This document shows positions 18,502 through 28,584 of a DNA stretch of 64,000 nt, piece after piece (the stretch's first letter is position 1; every line of letters starts with the position of its first letter). The stretch comes from Candidatus Geocrenenecus huangii. Its GTDB lineage: Archaea; Thermoproteota; Nitrososphaeria_A; Caldarchaeales; Wolframiiraptoraceae. The stretch lies in assembly GCA_023254095.1 (NCBI GenBank), contig JALNLM010000001.1, forward strand, positions 1 through 64,000, written 5' to 3'. Below the pieces are notes generated by a model, which was not told the origin of the DNA, did no database searches, and saw only the letters and a list, made by a program, of their open reading frames with translations. Made by a program: the position numbers and the translations under genes.

Positions 18502-19896
18502 ATGAGTAGAAAGGTACTCTTAACAGAAGATGAGATCCCGAAATACTGGTATAACATTTTACCGGACCTACCAAAACCACTACCCCCGCCAATAGATCCA
18601 TCAACAAGAGAACCAATCGATCCAAGGAAACTTGAAGCAATCTTTCCTAGATCATTGATACAGCAAGAACTATCTCAGGAAAGATGGATACCTATTCCGG
18701 ATGAAGTGAGAGAAGCATATACTCTTTGGAGACCAACTCCTCTCTATAGAGCTGTCAGACTTGAAAGAGTGCTCAAGACTCCTGCAAGAATATACTATAA
18801 GTATGAGGGAGTTAGCCCTCCTGGTTCACACAAACCGAATACAGCTGTGGCCCAGGCATACTATAATATGAAGGAGGGAGTACAGGTTTTAACGACGGAG
18901 ACGGGTGCTGGACAATGGGGCTCAGCTCTAGCATTTGCAACAAATCTGTTTGGAATGAAAGCTCGAGTGTACATGGTTAAAATAAGTTATGAGCAGAAAC
19001 CATATAGAAGAATTATGATGGAGACTTGGGGGGCAGAAGTTATACCGAGTCCCAGCAATAGGACCAAGGCAGGATTATCCATACTTGAAAGAGACCCAAA
19101 CAGTCCTGGAAGCTTAGGGATAGCTATTAGTGAAGCAATTGAAGATGCACTTACCCATGAAGGTGTAAAATACTCTCTAGGAAGCGTGTTGAATCACGTG
19201 CTTCTACATCAAACAGTTCAGGGTCTAGAGGCTAGGAAACAATTGGAAATGCTTGACGAGTATCCAGACATAGTAGCTGGATGCGTTGGAGGGGGCAGTA
19301 GCTTCTCAGGATTATTCTGGCCATTCTACTACGATGTTGTTTCTAAGAAAGCTCCGAAGAACGTAAGATTCGTGGCTACTGAGCCGACAGCATGCCCAAC
19401 AATGACTAAGGGAATCTACACATACGATTTCGGAGATACCTCTAAACTGACACCTCTACTTCCAATGTACACTTTAGGCTCCGACTTCATACCCCCGCCC
19501 ATCCATGCAGGAGGTTTAAGATATCATGGTGATGCCCCAACACTTTGCTTACTCCTGAAGGAAGGATTAATAGAGCCGAAAGCATACGACCAGCTATCGG
19601 TATTCGAGGCAGCATCACTATTCGCTAAGACTGAAGGCATAATACCGGCTCCAGAACCTTCCCATACAATTAGGTACGTTATCGATGAAGCTTTAAGAGC
19701 AAAAGAAACAGGTGAAGAAAAAGTTATCCTATTCAATCTATGTGGACACGGATACTTTGACCTCAAAGCTTACCAAGAGTATTTCGAGGGAAATCTCAAA
19801 CCATTCCATTACCCTGAGGAGAAAATAAAAGAGTCCATACAGAAGCTAATAAAAGAATACCCATGGATACAGCAGATACCTTACATTAAAAGTTAA
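18502..19896 (+). CDS. trpB2: Tryptophan synthase beta chain, TrpB2 type
   Basis: [21 protein letters not shown] (PLP Lys), [17 protein letters not shown] and HAGGLRYHG motifs. Likely start is the ATG at 18502. Confidence 0.95.
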   Translation: MSRKVLLTEDEIPKYWYNILPDLPKPLPPPIDPSTREPIDPRKLEAIFPRSLIQQELSQERWIPIPDEVREAYTLWRPTPLYRAVRLERVLKTPARIYYKYEGVSPPGSHKPNTAVAQAYYNMKEGVQVLTTETGAGQWGSALAFATNLFGMKARVYMVKISYEQKPYRRIMMETWGAEVIPSPSNRTKAGLSILERDPNSPGSLGIAISEAIEDALTHEGVKYSLGSVLNHVLLHQTVQGLEARKQLEMLDEYPDIVAGCVGGGSSFSGLFWPFYYDVVSKKAPKNVRFVATEPTACPTMTKGIYTYDFGDTSKLTPLLPMYTLGSDFIPPPIHAGGLRYHGDAPTLCLLLKEGLIEPKAYDQLSVFEAASLFAKTEGIIPAPEPSHTIRYVIDEALRAKETGEEKVILFNLCGHGYFDLKAYQEYFEGNLKPFHYPEEKIKESIQKLIKEYPWIQQIPYIKS

Positions 19897-19940
19897 GTAG
19901 TAGCTATAGTGAAAGATTATCAAGCAATAGGAGGTGCGTA

Positions 19941-20888
19941 ATATTTCAGGTAAGGATTCTTATAACAGACCCGATCCACGAAGACTCCCTATCGCTTTTA
20001 TCTACCTATAAACATATCTCTTTCGACTATCTACCCGAAATATCGAGAGAACATCTCCTAAATATAATTGAGAACTATGATGGACTTATTGTTAGAGACA
20101 GAACTAAAGTAACGGAAGATTTATTGAGGAAAGCTACAAGACTAAAAGTAGTAGTCAGAGCAGGAAGCGGAGTAGATAACATCGACTTAAATACAGCATG
20201 CTCTCTAGGGATTAAGGTATTATGCGTACCATCTGAGATTGCTGATTCAGTAGCGGAATTGACGTTAGGCTTAATGATCATGTTGTCTAGGAAGCTATTC
20301 AAGGCCATCGAATCTCTAAAGAAGGGCGAATGGATCAAAAATCAGCTAATGGGTCAAGAACTAAAAAATAAGAAAGTTGGAATAATAGGTGTAGGAAATA
20401 TAGGTCGAAGAGTTGCTAAGCTTACATATTCTTTTGGGATGAAGCCGCTATTGAACGACGTAGTAAAACTTGATGAAGACTTCGTAAGAGAGGTCAACGC
20501 CGAAGTAGTTGCGCTTGACGATCTACTGAGAGAATCCGACTACGTTACTCTACACGTTCCCCTAACGAAGAATACTGAAAAAATGATAAGTGAAAGAGAG
20601 TTAAAGCTGATGAAGAAGACAGCCTTCCTGATAAATACCGCTCGTGGAAAATTAATCAACTATAATGCACTCTACAGAGCCTTAACAGAGGGTTGGATAG
20701 CGGCAGCAGCACTAGACGTCTATGAAGCCGAGCCTCCTACGGACTTGAAACTACTCAGATTAGAGAACGTCATCTGCACACCCCACATCGGTGCGCAAAC
20801 AATCGAAGCGAGAAGAAGAGCCTCTCTAAGAGCCGTGCAACTTGTAGTAGAGCATCTGCAGACAATAACATGCCAGGATCTAAAGTAA
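19941..20888 (+). CDS. serA: D-3-phosphoglycerate dehydrogenase-like D-2-hydroxyacid dehydrogenase
   Basis: The frame is open upstream of the tracked TTG and reads RILITDPIH...YDGLIVRDRTKVT. Also RAGSGVDNID, GVGNIG, INTARG, ALDVYEAEP and TPHIGAQT. Start inferred at ATA 19941 after GGAGGTG. Confidence 0.85.
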   Translation: MFQVRILITDPIHEDSLSLLSTYKHISFDYLPEISREHLLNIIENYDGLIVRDRTKVTEDLLRKATRLKVVVRAGSGVDNIDLNTACSLGIKVLCVPSEIADSVAELTLGLMIMLSRKLFKAIESLKKGEWIKNQLMGQELKNKKVGIIGVGNIGRRVAKLTYSFGMKPLLNDVVKLDEDFVREVNAEVVALDDLLRESDYVTLHVPLTKNTEKMISERELKLMKKTAFLINTARGKLINYNALYRALTEGWIAAAALDVYEAEPPTDLKLLRLENVICTPHIGAQTIEARRRASLRAVQLVVEHLQTITCQDLK

Positions 20889-20900
20889 TGGTGAGTAGAC

Positions 20901-22013
20901 ATGCTAATGACTCCAGGCCCCGTCGATCTACATCCTAGAGTAAGGAAGGCGATGTCAAGGCAGGTCGTCAGCCATCGATCCTCTGAATTCCACAGTCTAG
21001 TAAAATCGATTACAGAGAACACTAGAAAGATATTCCAGACAGAGGGTGACGTGTTTATGTTAACATCTTCCGGAACTCTGGCCGTAGAATGCGCCCTAGC
21101 AAACATAATCGAACCTGGAGATAAGGTACTCATACCAGTCTACGGCGTATTCGGGAAGAGGATGTCAGAATCAGCTGAGCAGTATGGAGGGAGAGTTGTA
21201 GAAATAAACTTAGAGTGGAATAGAGGATTAACTCCGGAAGTACTGGAAGAATATCTTACTGAAAACAATGATGTAAAAATCGTATCGCTCGTACATAATG
21301 AAACATCAACTGGAACTATGGTTAAAGAATTCTGGAAGATTTCGGAGATCGTGAAAGACCATGGCAAGCTCTTCATAGTTGACGCTGTATCATCTCTTGG
21401 TGGAGTACCTATACAAGTAGATAAGCTCGGAATAGATATCTGTGTAACAGCCGCCCAGAAATGTTTAGCAGGTCCACCTGGAATATCACTAGTATCTGTG
21501 AGCGGAGATGCTTGGAAGAAGATATCGTCGAAATCCTCGAAGACCCCTTCTTACATTGACTTAAAGAAGCATCGTCAATTTATGGAGAAGCTTGAGACTC
21601 CTTTCACTCCAGCTGTAAATCTAATGTATGGCCTCGATGAGGCGTTGAAGATCATAGTAGATAAAGGGATAGAGAATTGGTGGCGGAAACATTATGAATG
21701 TTCACGACTCCTATACAATAGTCTGGAATCTCTAGGACTCACAATATACCCGCTGGAAGAATGTAGGTCTATAACAGTAGCTTCAGCTCTTCCTCCAAAC
21801 AACATAAAGCCAAAAGACATAGTAGAAGGAATGGAGAAGAATGGGATAACTATCGCTGAAGGAATGGATAAGCTCAAGGATAAGATAATAAGGGTAGCAT
21901 GCATGGGGAACGTGAATAGGAGAAAGATAGAATACTTCAGAGATACATTGAAGAAAGTCATGGAGAATATTGAAAGACATAAAGATTCTACTCGAAAAGA
22001 GCAAAAACTCTAG
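20901..22013 (+). CDS. Class V PLP aminotransferase (serine-pyruvate/phosphoserine aminotransferase type)
   Basis: MTPGP, HNETSTG, VDAVSSLGG, QKCLAGPPG and TPFTP motifs. Confidence 0.9.
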   Translation: MLMTPGPVDLHPRVRKAMSRQVVSHRSSEFHSLVKSITENTRKIFQTEGDVFMLTSSGTLAVECALANIIEPGDKVLIPVYGVFGKRMSESAEQYGGRVVEINLEWNRGLTPEVLEEYLTENNDVKIVSLVHNETSTGTMVKEFWKISEIVKDHGKLFIVDAVSSLGGVPIQVDKLGIDICVTAAQKCLAGPPGISLVSVSGDAWKKISSKSSKTPSYIDLKKHRQFMEKLETPFTPAVNLMYGLDEALKIIVDKGIENWWRKHYECSRLLYNSLESLGLTIYPLEECRSITVASALPPNNIKPKDIVEGMEKNGITIAEGMDKLKDKIIRVACMGNVNRRKIEYFRDTLKKVMENIERHKDSTRKEQKL

Positions 22014-22320
22014 CTTCACGATTAGTCATAGAAAACGGAGACACGAAATATAAACTCATCAACATTCCAGTATCTGCTTAATCTTATTTTTTAAGGGTTA
22101 TAAAACTAATTGAAATTTCCAGAAGTCTCTGTCCTACAATAAACCCAACTATATTCAGGAGCCAAAGAATTCTGTAACCACCTGTCCGCGGTCTCTAGGC
22201 ATTAGATTAGTCGATCACAGCTCTGAATCATGGATCAACAGATGTAATCAAGCTTAACTCAATTCTTAGAGACATCTATATATCTGGAAAAAGGTTTTTA
22301 GAAACTCTCTCAAGAAGAAA

Positions 22321-23487
22321 TTGAGTATGCCTTCGAGGAAGATATTGCTCTTAATGGGATTCCTAACGTACGTGTTCTATGCACTTTTAGCTACTGAGAT
22401 GGGGCCAGCTCTCCCGGAGATAAGTTCTGAGTTGAGGTTGAGTCAAGGTGTAGCAGGCGTTATTGCAAGTCTGCAATCCTTGGCGGGGATACTAGCGGTC
22501 CTCGGAGGATTCTTATCTGATATTTTTGGAAGGACAAGACTCATAGCTATCTCATTAGGAGTAATAGGTTTAGGTGCATTCTTTTTGTCATCTTCCCTAA
22601 CAGCGTCGATGGTTGGATTATCGTTCTTTGTCATGGGGACAGGTTTCGCTTTCTTTGAAGCGGCTGTAAATGCATTCATCTCAAACATATTCTCTGATAA
22701 GAGGGGGATGTCCATAAATATGCTTCATATAGGATGGAGCGTTGGGTCGACTTTAGGCCCTATGCTTGCGGCAACTGCGATTCTAGCCTATCATAGTTGG
22801 AGATTAGGATACCTCTCTATAGTCCCCGTCATGTTGACATTTTCTATTTTCTTCGGAGTCCTTATCCCGGAAGCCCCTAACATTAAAATGGATAAAGAGA
22901 AGGTAGAAGCAGAACCCGAACTCTCAAAGATGCATCTCCTGATAAGTATGTTACCTATTTTTCTCCAATCTTTCTTACTGATGTCATGCAAGCTTGGAAT
23001 GAATACTTGGCTACCTTATATTCTTCAAGACCAAGGAGTATCCCTGATAGAATCTAGTCTAACTATAAGCCTATTCTGGATGCTAGTCGGCGTCGGGAGG
23101 TTAGTGTGGGCGCCTTTTGTAGATAGATTAGGATGCATAAAGACGGTAACATTCACCAGTTTAGGGTCTCTAGCCCTTCTAATTCCCGCCACCCTGCCGA
23201 TCCCGATATACTACAGGATGATATTGTATTCTAGTACAGGATTCTTAATGGGGCCAATATACCCAACATTGATAGCATCTGCAACTGCACGTTATCCTAA
23301 GATTAGCGGAACTCTCGTTGGAGCTATCTATGCATTTGGAACTCTTGGAACAGTCTTCTCAACTATCATAATAGGGCTTACAATAGAATTCATGGGATCA
23401 TCTATGGCTCAAGTAATTTTCCCAATCACCATAAGTCTAATCGCATTTATCCTTTATCTCTCTCCCAGATATTCAAGAAAGCAATGA
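22321..23487 (+). CDS. MFS transporter
   Basis: About 12 hydrophobic segments; motif A GFLSDIFGR and a second-half VDRLG. Confidence 0.88.
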   Translation: MSMPSRKILLLMGFLTYVFYALLATEMGPALPEISSELRLSQGVAGVIASLQSLAGILAVLGGFLSDIFGRTRLIAISLGVIGLGAFFLSSSLTASMVGLSFFVMGTGFAFFEAAVNAFISNIFSDKRGMSINMLHIGWSVGSTLGPMLAATAILAYHSWRLGYLSIVPVMLTFSIFFGVLIPEAPNIKMDKEKVEAEPELSKMHLLISMLPIFLQSFLLMSCKLGMNTWLPYILQDQGVSLIESSLTISLFWMLVGVGRLVWAPFVDRLGCIKTVTFTSLGSLALLIPATLPIPIYYRMILYSSTGFLMGPIYPTLIASATARYPKISGTLVGAIYAFGTLGTVFSTIIIGLTIEFMGSSMAQVIFPITISLIAFILYLSPRYSRKQ

Positions 23488-23562
23488 GAGCGGAATATCT
23501 ACGAAAACTCCAAGCTAAACGAAAAAAGTAATTAGAACCCTATATGATAGGATGAGATAGGT

Positions 23563-23655
23563 GGGGCCGTGGTCTAGCATGGCTATGACTCCAGCCTGGG
23601 GAACTCCAAACGTACAGTACGCTGGAAATCCTGGGTTCAAATCCCAGCGGCCCCA
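23563..23655 (+). tRNA. tRNA-Pro(GGG) with an 18-nt intron at position 37/38 (23602-23619)
   Basis: Acceptor stem GGGGCCG/CGGCCCC; anticodon stem CCAGC/GCTGG interrupted by AACTCCAAACGTACAGTA; T arm CTGGG-TTCAAAT-CCCAG. Confidence 0.92.
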
Positions 23656-23934
23656 CCTCCCCCAGAACAGACAGACCCCCTACTGTATTCACATCTTCAA
23701 AAATATTTAGAAAGGTTTTCATTTCATAGAATTTAGAATATTGACATATATTTGGAACAAAGTAGAATTAATCGATGAAGGATTGATGACGCTACCTAGC
23801 TTATGATAAATGGTACCTTCATCACAATCCTAAGAATAGATAAGACCTAGAATAACTTTGACCATATTCTTAGCCCACGGGAAGAGGGTCAAACTATGAT
23901 GAAACCAACATGATCCTGATAAAATGAGAAGTCG

Positions 23935-24009
23935 TGGGCCCGGAGGGATTCGAACCCTCGACCTTCCGGTTATCAGCCGGACGCTCCAGCCAGGCTGAGC
24001 TACGGGCCC
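23935..24009 (-). tRNA. tRNA-Ile(GAT)
   Basis: Minus strand GGGCCCGTAGCTCAGCCTGG...TCCGG-CTGATAA-CCGGA...GAGGG-TTCGAAT-CCCTC-CGGGCCCA; CCA not encoded. Confidence 0.97.
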
Positions 24010-24282
24010 GCATCCCTTATATTATTAATCCATTCTTGGTTGTTGAAAAACAATAATTTAACTCTTTATCTAATTGTGATTGAAGAATACTTCATATTGT
24101 TAGGCTGGATGTATGATTTCTGAAAACTTTCTTGAAGAGTCTTTGAAAAGTTATCCATATTCTTGTCTGCCTGCATTTTGAGATTAATGTGGATATGTAT
24201 TTCACATATTTTCTAGAGGATAATTAGGCTCAAGATAAGTCTTGAATGTACTGAAATCTATGGATGGCTGAGATATTAATGG

Positions 24283-25788
24283 TCACTTGGATTCTTTCTG
24301 CTCTACCTCATTGATTAAGTAGTCTACGATTAGTCTTACCCCTACTCCTGTCGCTCCTTTAGGTATGTAGCTTTTAGATTCAGATGTTTCTTGTGTGTAT
24401 GCTGTTCCAGCTATGTCTAAATGTACCCACGCTGTTTCTCCAACAAACTCTGAAAGGAATGCTGCGGCCGTTATGGCACCTGCAGGTCTCCCTCCAACAT
24501 TCTTCAAATCTGCCACATCACTTCTCAATTGTTCTTTATATTGTTTCCAGAGTGGAAGCTGCCAAACTCTCTCACCCGTTCTCTCACCAGACCTCTTAAT
24601 CTTCTCAGCTATTTCTTGATTGTTCGTGAATAATCCAGATGCATGTGTTCCTAAAGCTATTATGCAGGCTCCGGTCAGCGTTGCCAAGTCTATTAATGCT
24701 TTTGGATTCTTCTCAACAGCATAGGATAATGCGTCGGCCAAGATAAGTCTGCCCTCCGCATCCGTACTTATAATCTCAGCCGATTTACCATTTCTAAATC
24801 TTATAATGTCTCCAGGTCTATAAGCTGTACCGCTCGGTAAGTTTTCTACGCATGGTATTAAACCGATAACCCTGATTGGAAGTCTTAATGACGCTAGGGC
24901 TTCAAGGACTCCTACGACCGCTGCGCCTCCTGCTTTATCGTACTTCATCTCCTCCATCTTCTCTGAAGGCTTGATGGATATTCCTCCACTATCGAATGTT
25001 ACGGCCTTGCCGACAATGATGTAGGGGCGATCGTTCCTCCCACCCGTCCCATCGTATTCAAGTTCTATCAGTACAGGTTTATGAATGCTGCCGCCTCCCA
25101 CCGCGAGTATACCCCCCATGGACATATCCTCTATCTCCTTAACCTGATATACTCTCACCTTGAATCCGGCTCTTCTCCCGATTTCGTAAACTATTTTCGC
25201 AAATTTTTCAGGGTAACAATCTATACTGGGCATATTCGTTAAATCTCTCGCAGTATAGACTCCTCTACATATCTTTCCAGCAACCTCGACCGATTTCTTA
25301 ACCTTGCTTAAACTTGATTCATCATTAACCAATAATGTTACGTGCTTTAGTTTCTGTTCTTTCTTCTCTGACCTGTATCTGTCAAATCTATACATGGATA
25401 ACTCTATTCCTTCTATAATCGATTCGGTTGTACTTTCCAAGTCGAAGACATCTGAAACTATCGGTGCGAAAGCCGTCTCAGACATCGACTCATCAATTCT
25501 TAATGCTGCTCTACCGTATGCTCTCCTAAAAGAGTCGAGTTCTAATTCATCTCTCTTACCCAGACCTGTCAAGACTATCCTCTCAGGTCCTCCTGGAACT
25601 ATAGTCGGGATAATGTAGACTTCTTCAAGCCTACCTTTGAAATCTCTTCCCGCTACTTTGCTGATTAGATCTTTAACGTTATCTGGGAGCTCTACAGCAG
25701 GCCTAGGCACATCCTCTTCATACATAGGTATAATGTGTACTCCTTCCTCTATCCCTATCTTTCCAACTTTAACATCGAACTTTATCAT
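24283..25788 (-). CDS. pepA: Leucyl aminopeptidase (M17)
   Basis: GKAVTFDSGG.SIK, MKYDK.G, TDAEGRLILAD, ATLTGA and HLDIAG motifs. Confidence 0.95.
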   Translation of the reverse strand: MIKFDVKVGKIGIEEGVHIIPMYEEDVPRPAVELPDNVKDLISKVAGRDFKGRLEEVYIIPTIVPGGPERIVLTGLGKRDELELDSFRRAYGRAALRIDESMSETAFAPIVSDVFDLESTTESIIEGIELSMYRFDRYRSEKKEQKLKHVTLLVNDESSLSKVKKSVEVAGKICRGVYTARDLTNMPSIDCYPEKFAKIVYEIGRRAGFKVRVYQVKEIEDMSMGGILAVGGGSIHKPVLIELEYDGTGGRNDRPYIIVGKAVTFDSGGISIKPSEKMEEMKYDKAGGAAVVGVLEALASLRLPIRVIGLIPCVENLPSGTAYRPGDIIRFRNGKSAEIISTDAEGRLILADALSYAVEKNPKALIDLATLTGACIIALGTHASGLFTNNQEIAEKIKRSGERTGERVWQLPLWKQYKEQLRSDVADLKNVGGRPAGAITAAAFLSEFVGETAWVHLDIAGTAYTQETSESKSYIPKGATGVGVRLIVDYLINEVEQKESK

Positions 25789-25828
25789 ATACTAATCGTT
25801 TCTGCTCGTTAAAATAAATTTTGATTTC

Positions 25829-26620
25829 CTACATGGTCATTATTAGGAGTATTATCGATAAACCGAAGGCAACCGCCCACCTAGGTAGACTCCATTTAAT
25901 AATTTTTAATCCATCAAGTGGCCCAAATGGAAGTAGATTAAAAAAGGCTATGAATGCGTTGAATTTTGCAAGTATTAAGAAGATCGTCGAAAACTGAAGC
26001 GAGAAAAAGATAGACCTAGAGATTAAATATGAGATATATAGTATGACTGATAGTATCAAGTTTGTTGCTGGTCCCCAGAATGATGTAGATCCTACTACTC
26101 TGATGGTCGTCGGGGTTGCGAGGACTACGGCTCCGGGAGCTATGAATTTTATGGGGAGCATGGGGATAGCGGATATGAGTGTTATGAGAGAACCTATGGG
26201 GTCTAATCTGAAATACGCTACTACTCTATTCCTACTAGCTACTAGCCTATGAGCTAGCTCGTGCAATAGGTAAGATAACGCAAAACCTGCAATATAGACT
26301 AAGAGCAGTATGGGATTCATGAAGAGGAAACTCTCGTATCCGATGAGAGATAGACCAACTAGGGAAACGAGTATGACGCTCAAGACTATGTGCGCCAATT
26401 CTCTAAGCATACTTTTCCTAGAAATTGTTTTTAATCTTTCTTCTTCTGCTTTTATCTTTATCTTCACTTCTTTCATCTCTTTTTCATAGGGGCTTGCTGC
26501 GGCGAATATGCCTGGACAGCTATGTTTCTCAGGCAATCGATGTTCTGCGCAGAAATATTCTCCACAATATTTACACTTGAACGGTAGAAGCTCATCTCTG
26601 CCACAGACTGAACACTTCAT
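25829..26620 (-). CDS. AN1-type zinc finger fused to an M50 (site-2) intramembrane metalloprotease
   Basis: N-terminal CxxC...PFKCKYC...FCAEHRLPEKHSC; membrane part with HELAH, GP..N and FNLLPFGPLDG. Confidence 0.88.
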   Translation of the reverse strand: MKCSVCGRDELLPFKCKYCGEYFCAEHRLPEKHSCPGIFAAASPYEKEMKEVKIKIKAEEERLKTISRKSMLRELAHIVLSVILVSLVGLSLIGYESFLFMNPILLLVYIAGFALSYLLHELAHRLVASRNRVVAYFRLDPIGSLITLISAIPMLPIKFIAPGAVVLATPTTIRVVGSTSFWGPATNLILSVILYISYLISRSIFFSLQFSTIFLILAKFNAFIAFFNLLPFGPLDGLKIIKWSLPRWAVAFGLSIILLIMTM

Positions 26621-26862
26621 TATCTTTCCTCCGAATCACTAATCCATACATCTTAAACATTGTTTTATTAATTGGCGTTCATAATATATAAACATCACAT
26701 ATAAAGATATGAACCATCTTATTATCCTTAGAGATCCAACCTAAACATCACTTGAAGATACTTGCTAGATCAATGATCATAATGGCCACAGAGGCTCCAG
26801 TATTCCTAGAACTACGATATAGATATAGACTTCTTATTATATAGTAAGAATGGAAGAAGAGA

Positions 26863-28584
26863 ATGAAAGTAATCGTAGCTGAGAAGCCATCGGTTGCTAG
26901 AGCGATACAGAACATGTTACGGAAGAATAATGTAAAGACAGGTGTGATTGTTATTGGATTAAAAGGACATGTACTAGATTCCGACCTGAAGAATGGGTAC
27001 GAGTGGGGGAGGGTCGACCCTTACCAGATATTCTACCTGAGAGAGTTCCAGGCTAAAATTAGAGATAAGCGATCCTACGACGAGTTAGCTAGGATTTTCA
27101 GGAACAACTTCATGGAGGAGCTTGTAATTGCTACTGACAATGACCCGGAGGGCGAGCTAATCGGGTGGGAGATAGTAGAAATATTCAAGAAATTCAATGG
27201 CTTCGGAAGAATATCTAGAATGAGGTTCAACACAATCTCAGAAGAAGAATTATGGAGTGCCTGGCAGAATAGAGAAGAAGGGTTAAACCATAGATGGGTT
27301 TGGAGAGCAACATTTAGGAGAGACTTCGACCTGGTAACGGGAGCAGCATTCACTAGGTTGCTTACATCCTCAGCACGTAAGAAAGGGTTCAGAGGATTGA
27401 TCTCGTGGGGAAGCTGCCAGATACCGACCCTCAACTATATAGTTGAGAGAGAAGAAAAAATCAAGAACTTCATACCTATACCTTACTGGGTGTTGGTAGG
27501 TAGGTTCAAGACAAATAAAGGAGAAGTATTCGAGGCTAGAAGTAACAAGATGGAAGATAAAAAGAGTGCCCAGGAAATGCACAGCAAATTAAAAGATATT
27601 AAGCAAGCTTTGATAGAAAAGTATGTTGAAGAGTGTGATGTTATTAAGCGGCCGAAGCCTTTAAGAACCGATGAGATGCTTAGAGACCTTCATAGAATAA
27701 CAGGAGTGTCAGCCTCCGATATTCTTAGAGTTGCTGAAGAACTATATTCAAACGGCTACATAAGCTATCCCAGAACAGATACAAACCAGTGGTCAAAGAA
27801 TATCGATTTTAATAAGATCAAGTCAACCATCATGAAGGGTCTCGCAGTAGAAGAAGCACTCTTAATGGAGCCAAGACCTCTAAATGGCTCTAAGAATGAT
27901 GGAGCTCATCCCCCAATTTATCCAATAAGACCCTATCCTAGAGATGGAACATTGAAATGGAAAGTTTGGGAATACATTGCTAGGAGGTTCCTAGCTAACG
28001 TATTCTCGAACGATGTAAAAGTCTTAAGACAGAAAGCATCAATCAAGGTCGGTGAAATAAGATTGAATGCTAGTGGGTCTATAATCGAGGAGCCTGGATT
28101 CATTCAAGTATATCCGTACTTTAAACCTGATGCTAGAAGTATTCCCAAGCTATCAATCAATGAAAAAGTAGGAATCATAGAGTTAAGATTGGTTGAAGAA
28201 TCAACTAAGCCTCCAGGGAGACTTAGTGAATCAGAACTTCTAAGGCTTATGGAGAAAGACGGTATCGGAACTGATGCTACGCGTGCAGAATATCCTAAGA
28301 TAATAATTGAGAGGGGCTATGCATTTAAAGACCAGAAAGTTATTAAGCCGACTGAGCTCGGCATGAACTTGATACGTTCTCTTAGAGAAGTCGACTTAAA
28401 GCTTGTTTCCCCTCAAACTAGAAGAATAGTTGAAGAATACATGGATAAGATAACTAGAGGTGAGAAGAAGTATGAGGAAGCTCTTGATGAAACACTTAAA
28501 CTTTATTCCACACTGTATAAACAATTAGAAGCAGGGATAGACAGCATATCGTCTAGGCTGGCGGGTTCGATCAAGAATGCATGA
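26863..28584 (+). CDS. topA: Type IA DNA topoisomerase (Topo III-like, no C-terminal Zn ribbons)
   Basis: Toprim AEKPSVA and DNDPEGELI, catalytic ISYPRTD, HPPIYP and GIGTDATR. Confidence 0.92.
   Translation: MKVIVAEKPSVARAIQNMLRKNNVKTGVIVIGLKGHVLDSDLKNGYEWGRVDPYQIFYLREFQAKIRDKRSYDELARIFRNNFMEELVIATDNDPEGELIGWEIVEIFKKFNGFGRISRMRFNTISEEELWSAWQNREEGLNHRWVWRATFRRDFDLVTGAAFTRLLTSSARKKGFRGLISWGSCQIPTLNYIVEREEKIKNFIPIPYWVLVGRFKTNKGEVFEARSNKMEDKKSAQEMHSKLKDIKQALIEKYVEECDVIKRPKPLRTDEMLRDLHRITGVSASDILRVAEELYSNGYISYPRTDTNQWSKNIDFNKIKSTIMKGLAVEEALLMEPRPLNGSKNDGAHPPIYPIRPYPRDGTLKWKVWEYIARRFLANVFSNDVKVLRQKASIKVGEIRLNASGSIIEEPGFIQVYPYFKPDARSIPKLSINEKVGIIELRLVEESTKPPGRLSESELLRLMEKDGIGTDATRAEYPKIIIERGYAFKDQKVIKPTELGMNLIRSLREVDLKLVSPQTRRIVEEYMDKITRGEKKYEEALDETLKLYSTLYKQLEAGIDSISSRLAGSIKNA

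Noticed and set aside
23488-24282. tRNA pair as an integration site for a mobile element
   Set aside because: AT-rich flanks, but no integrase and no duplicated tRNA 3' end found by eye.
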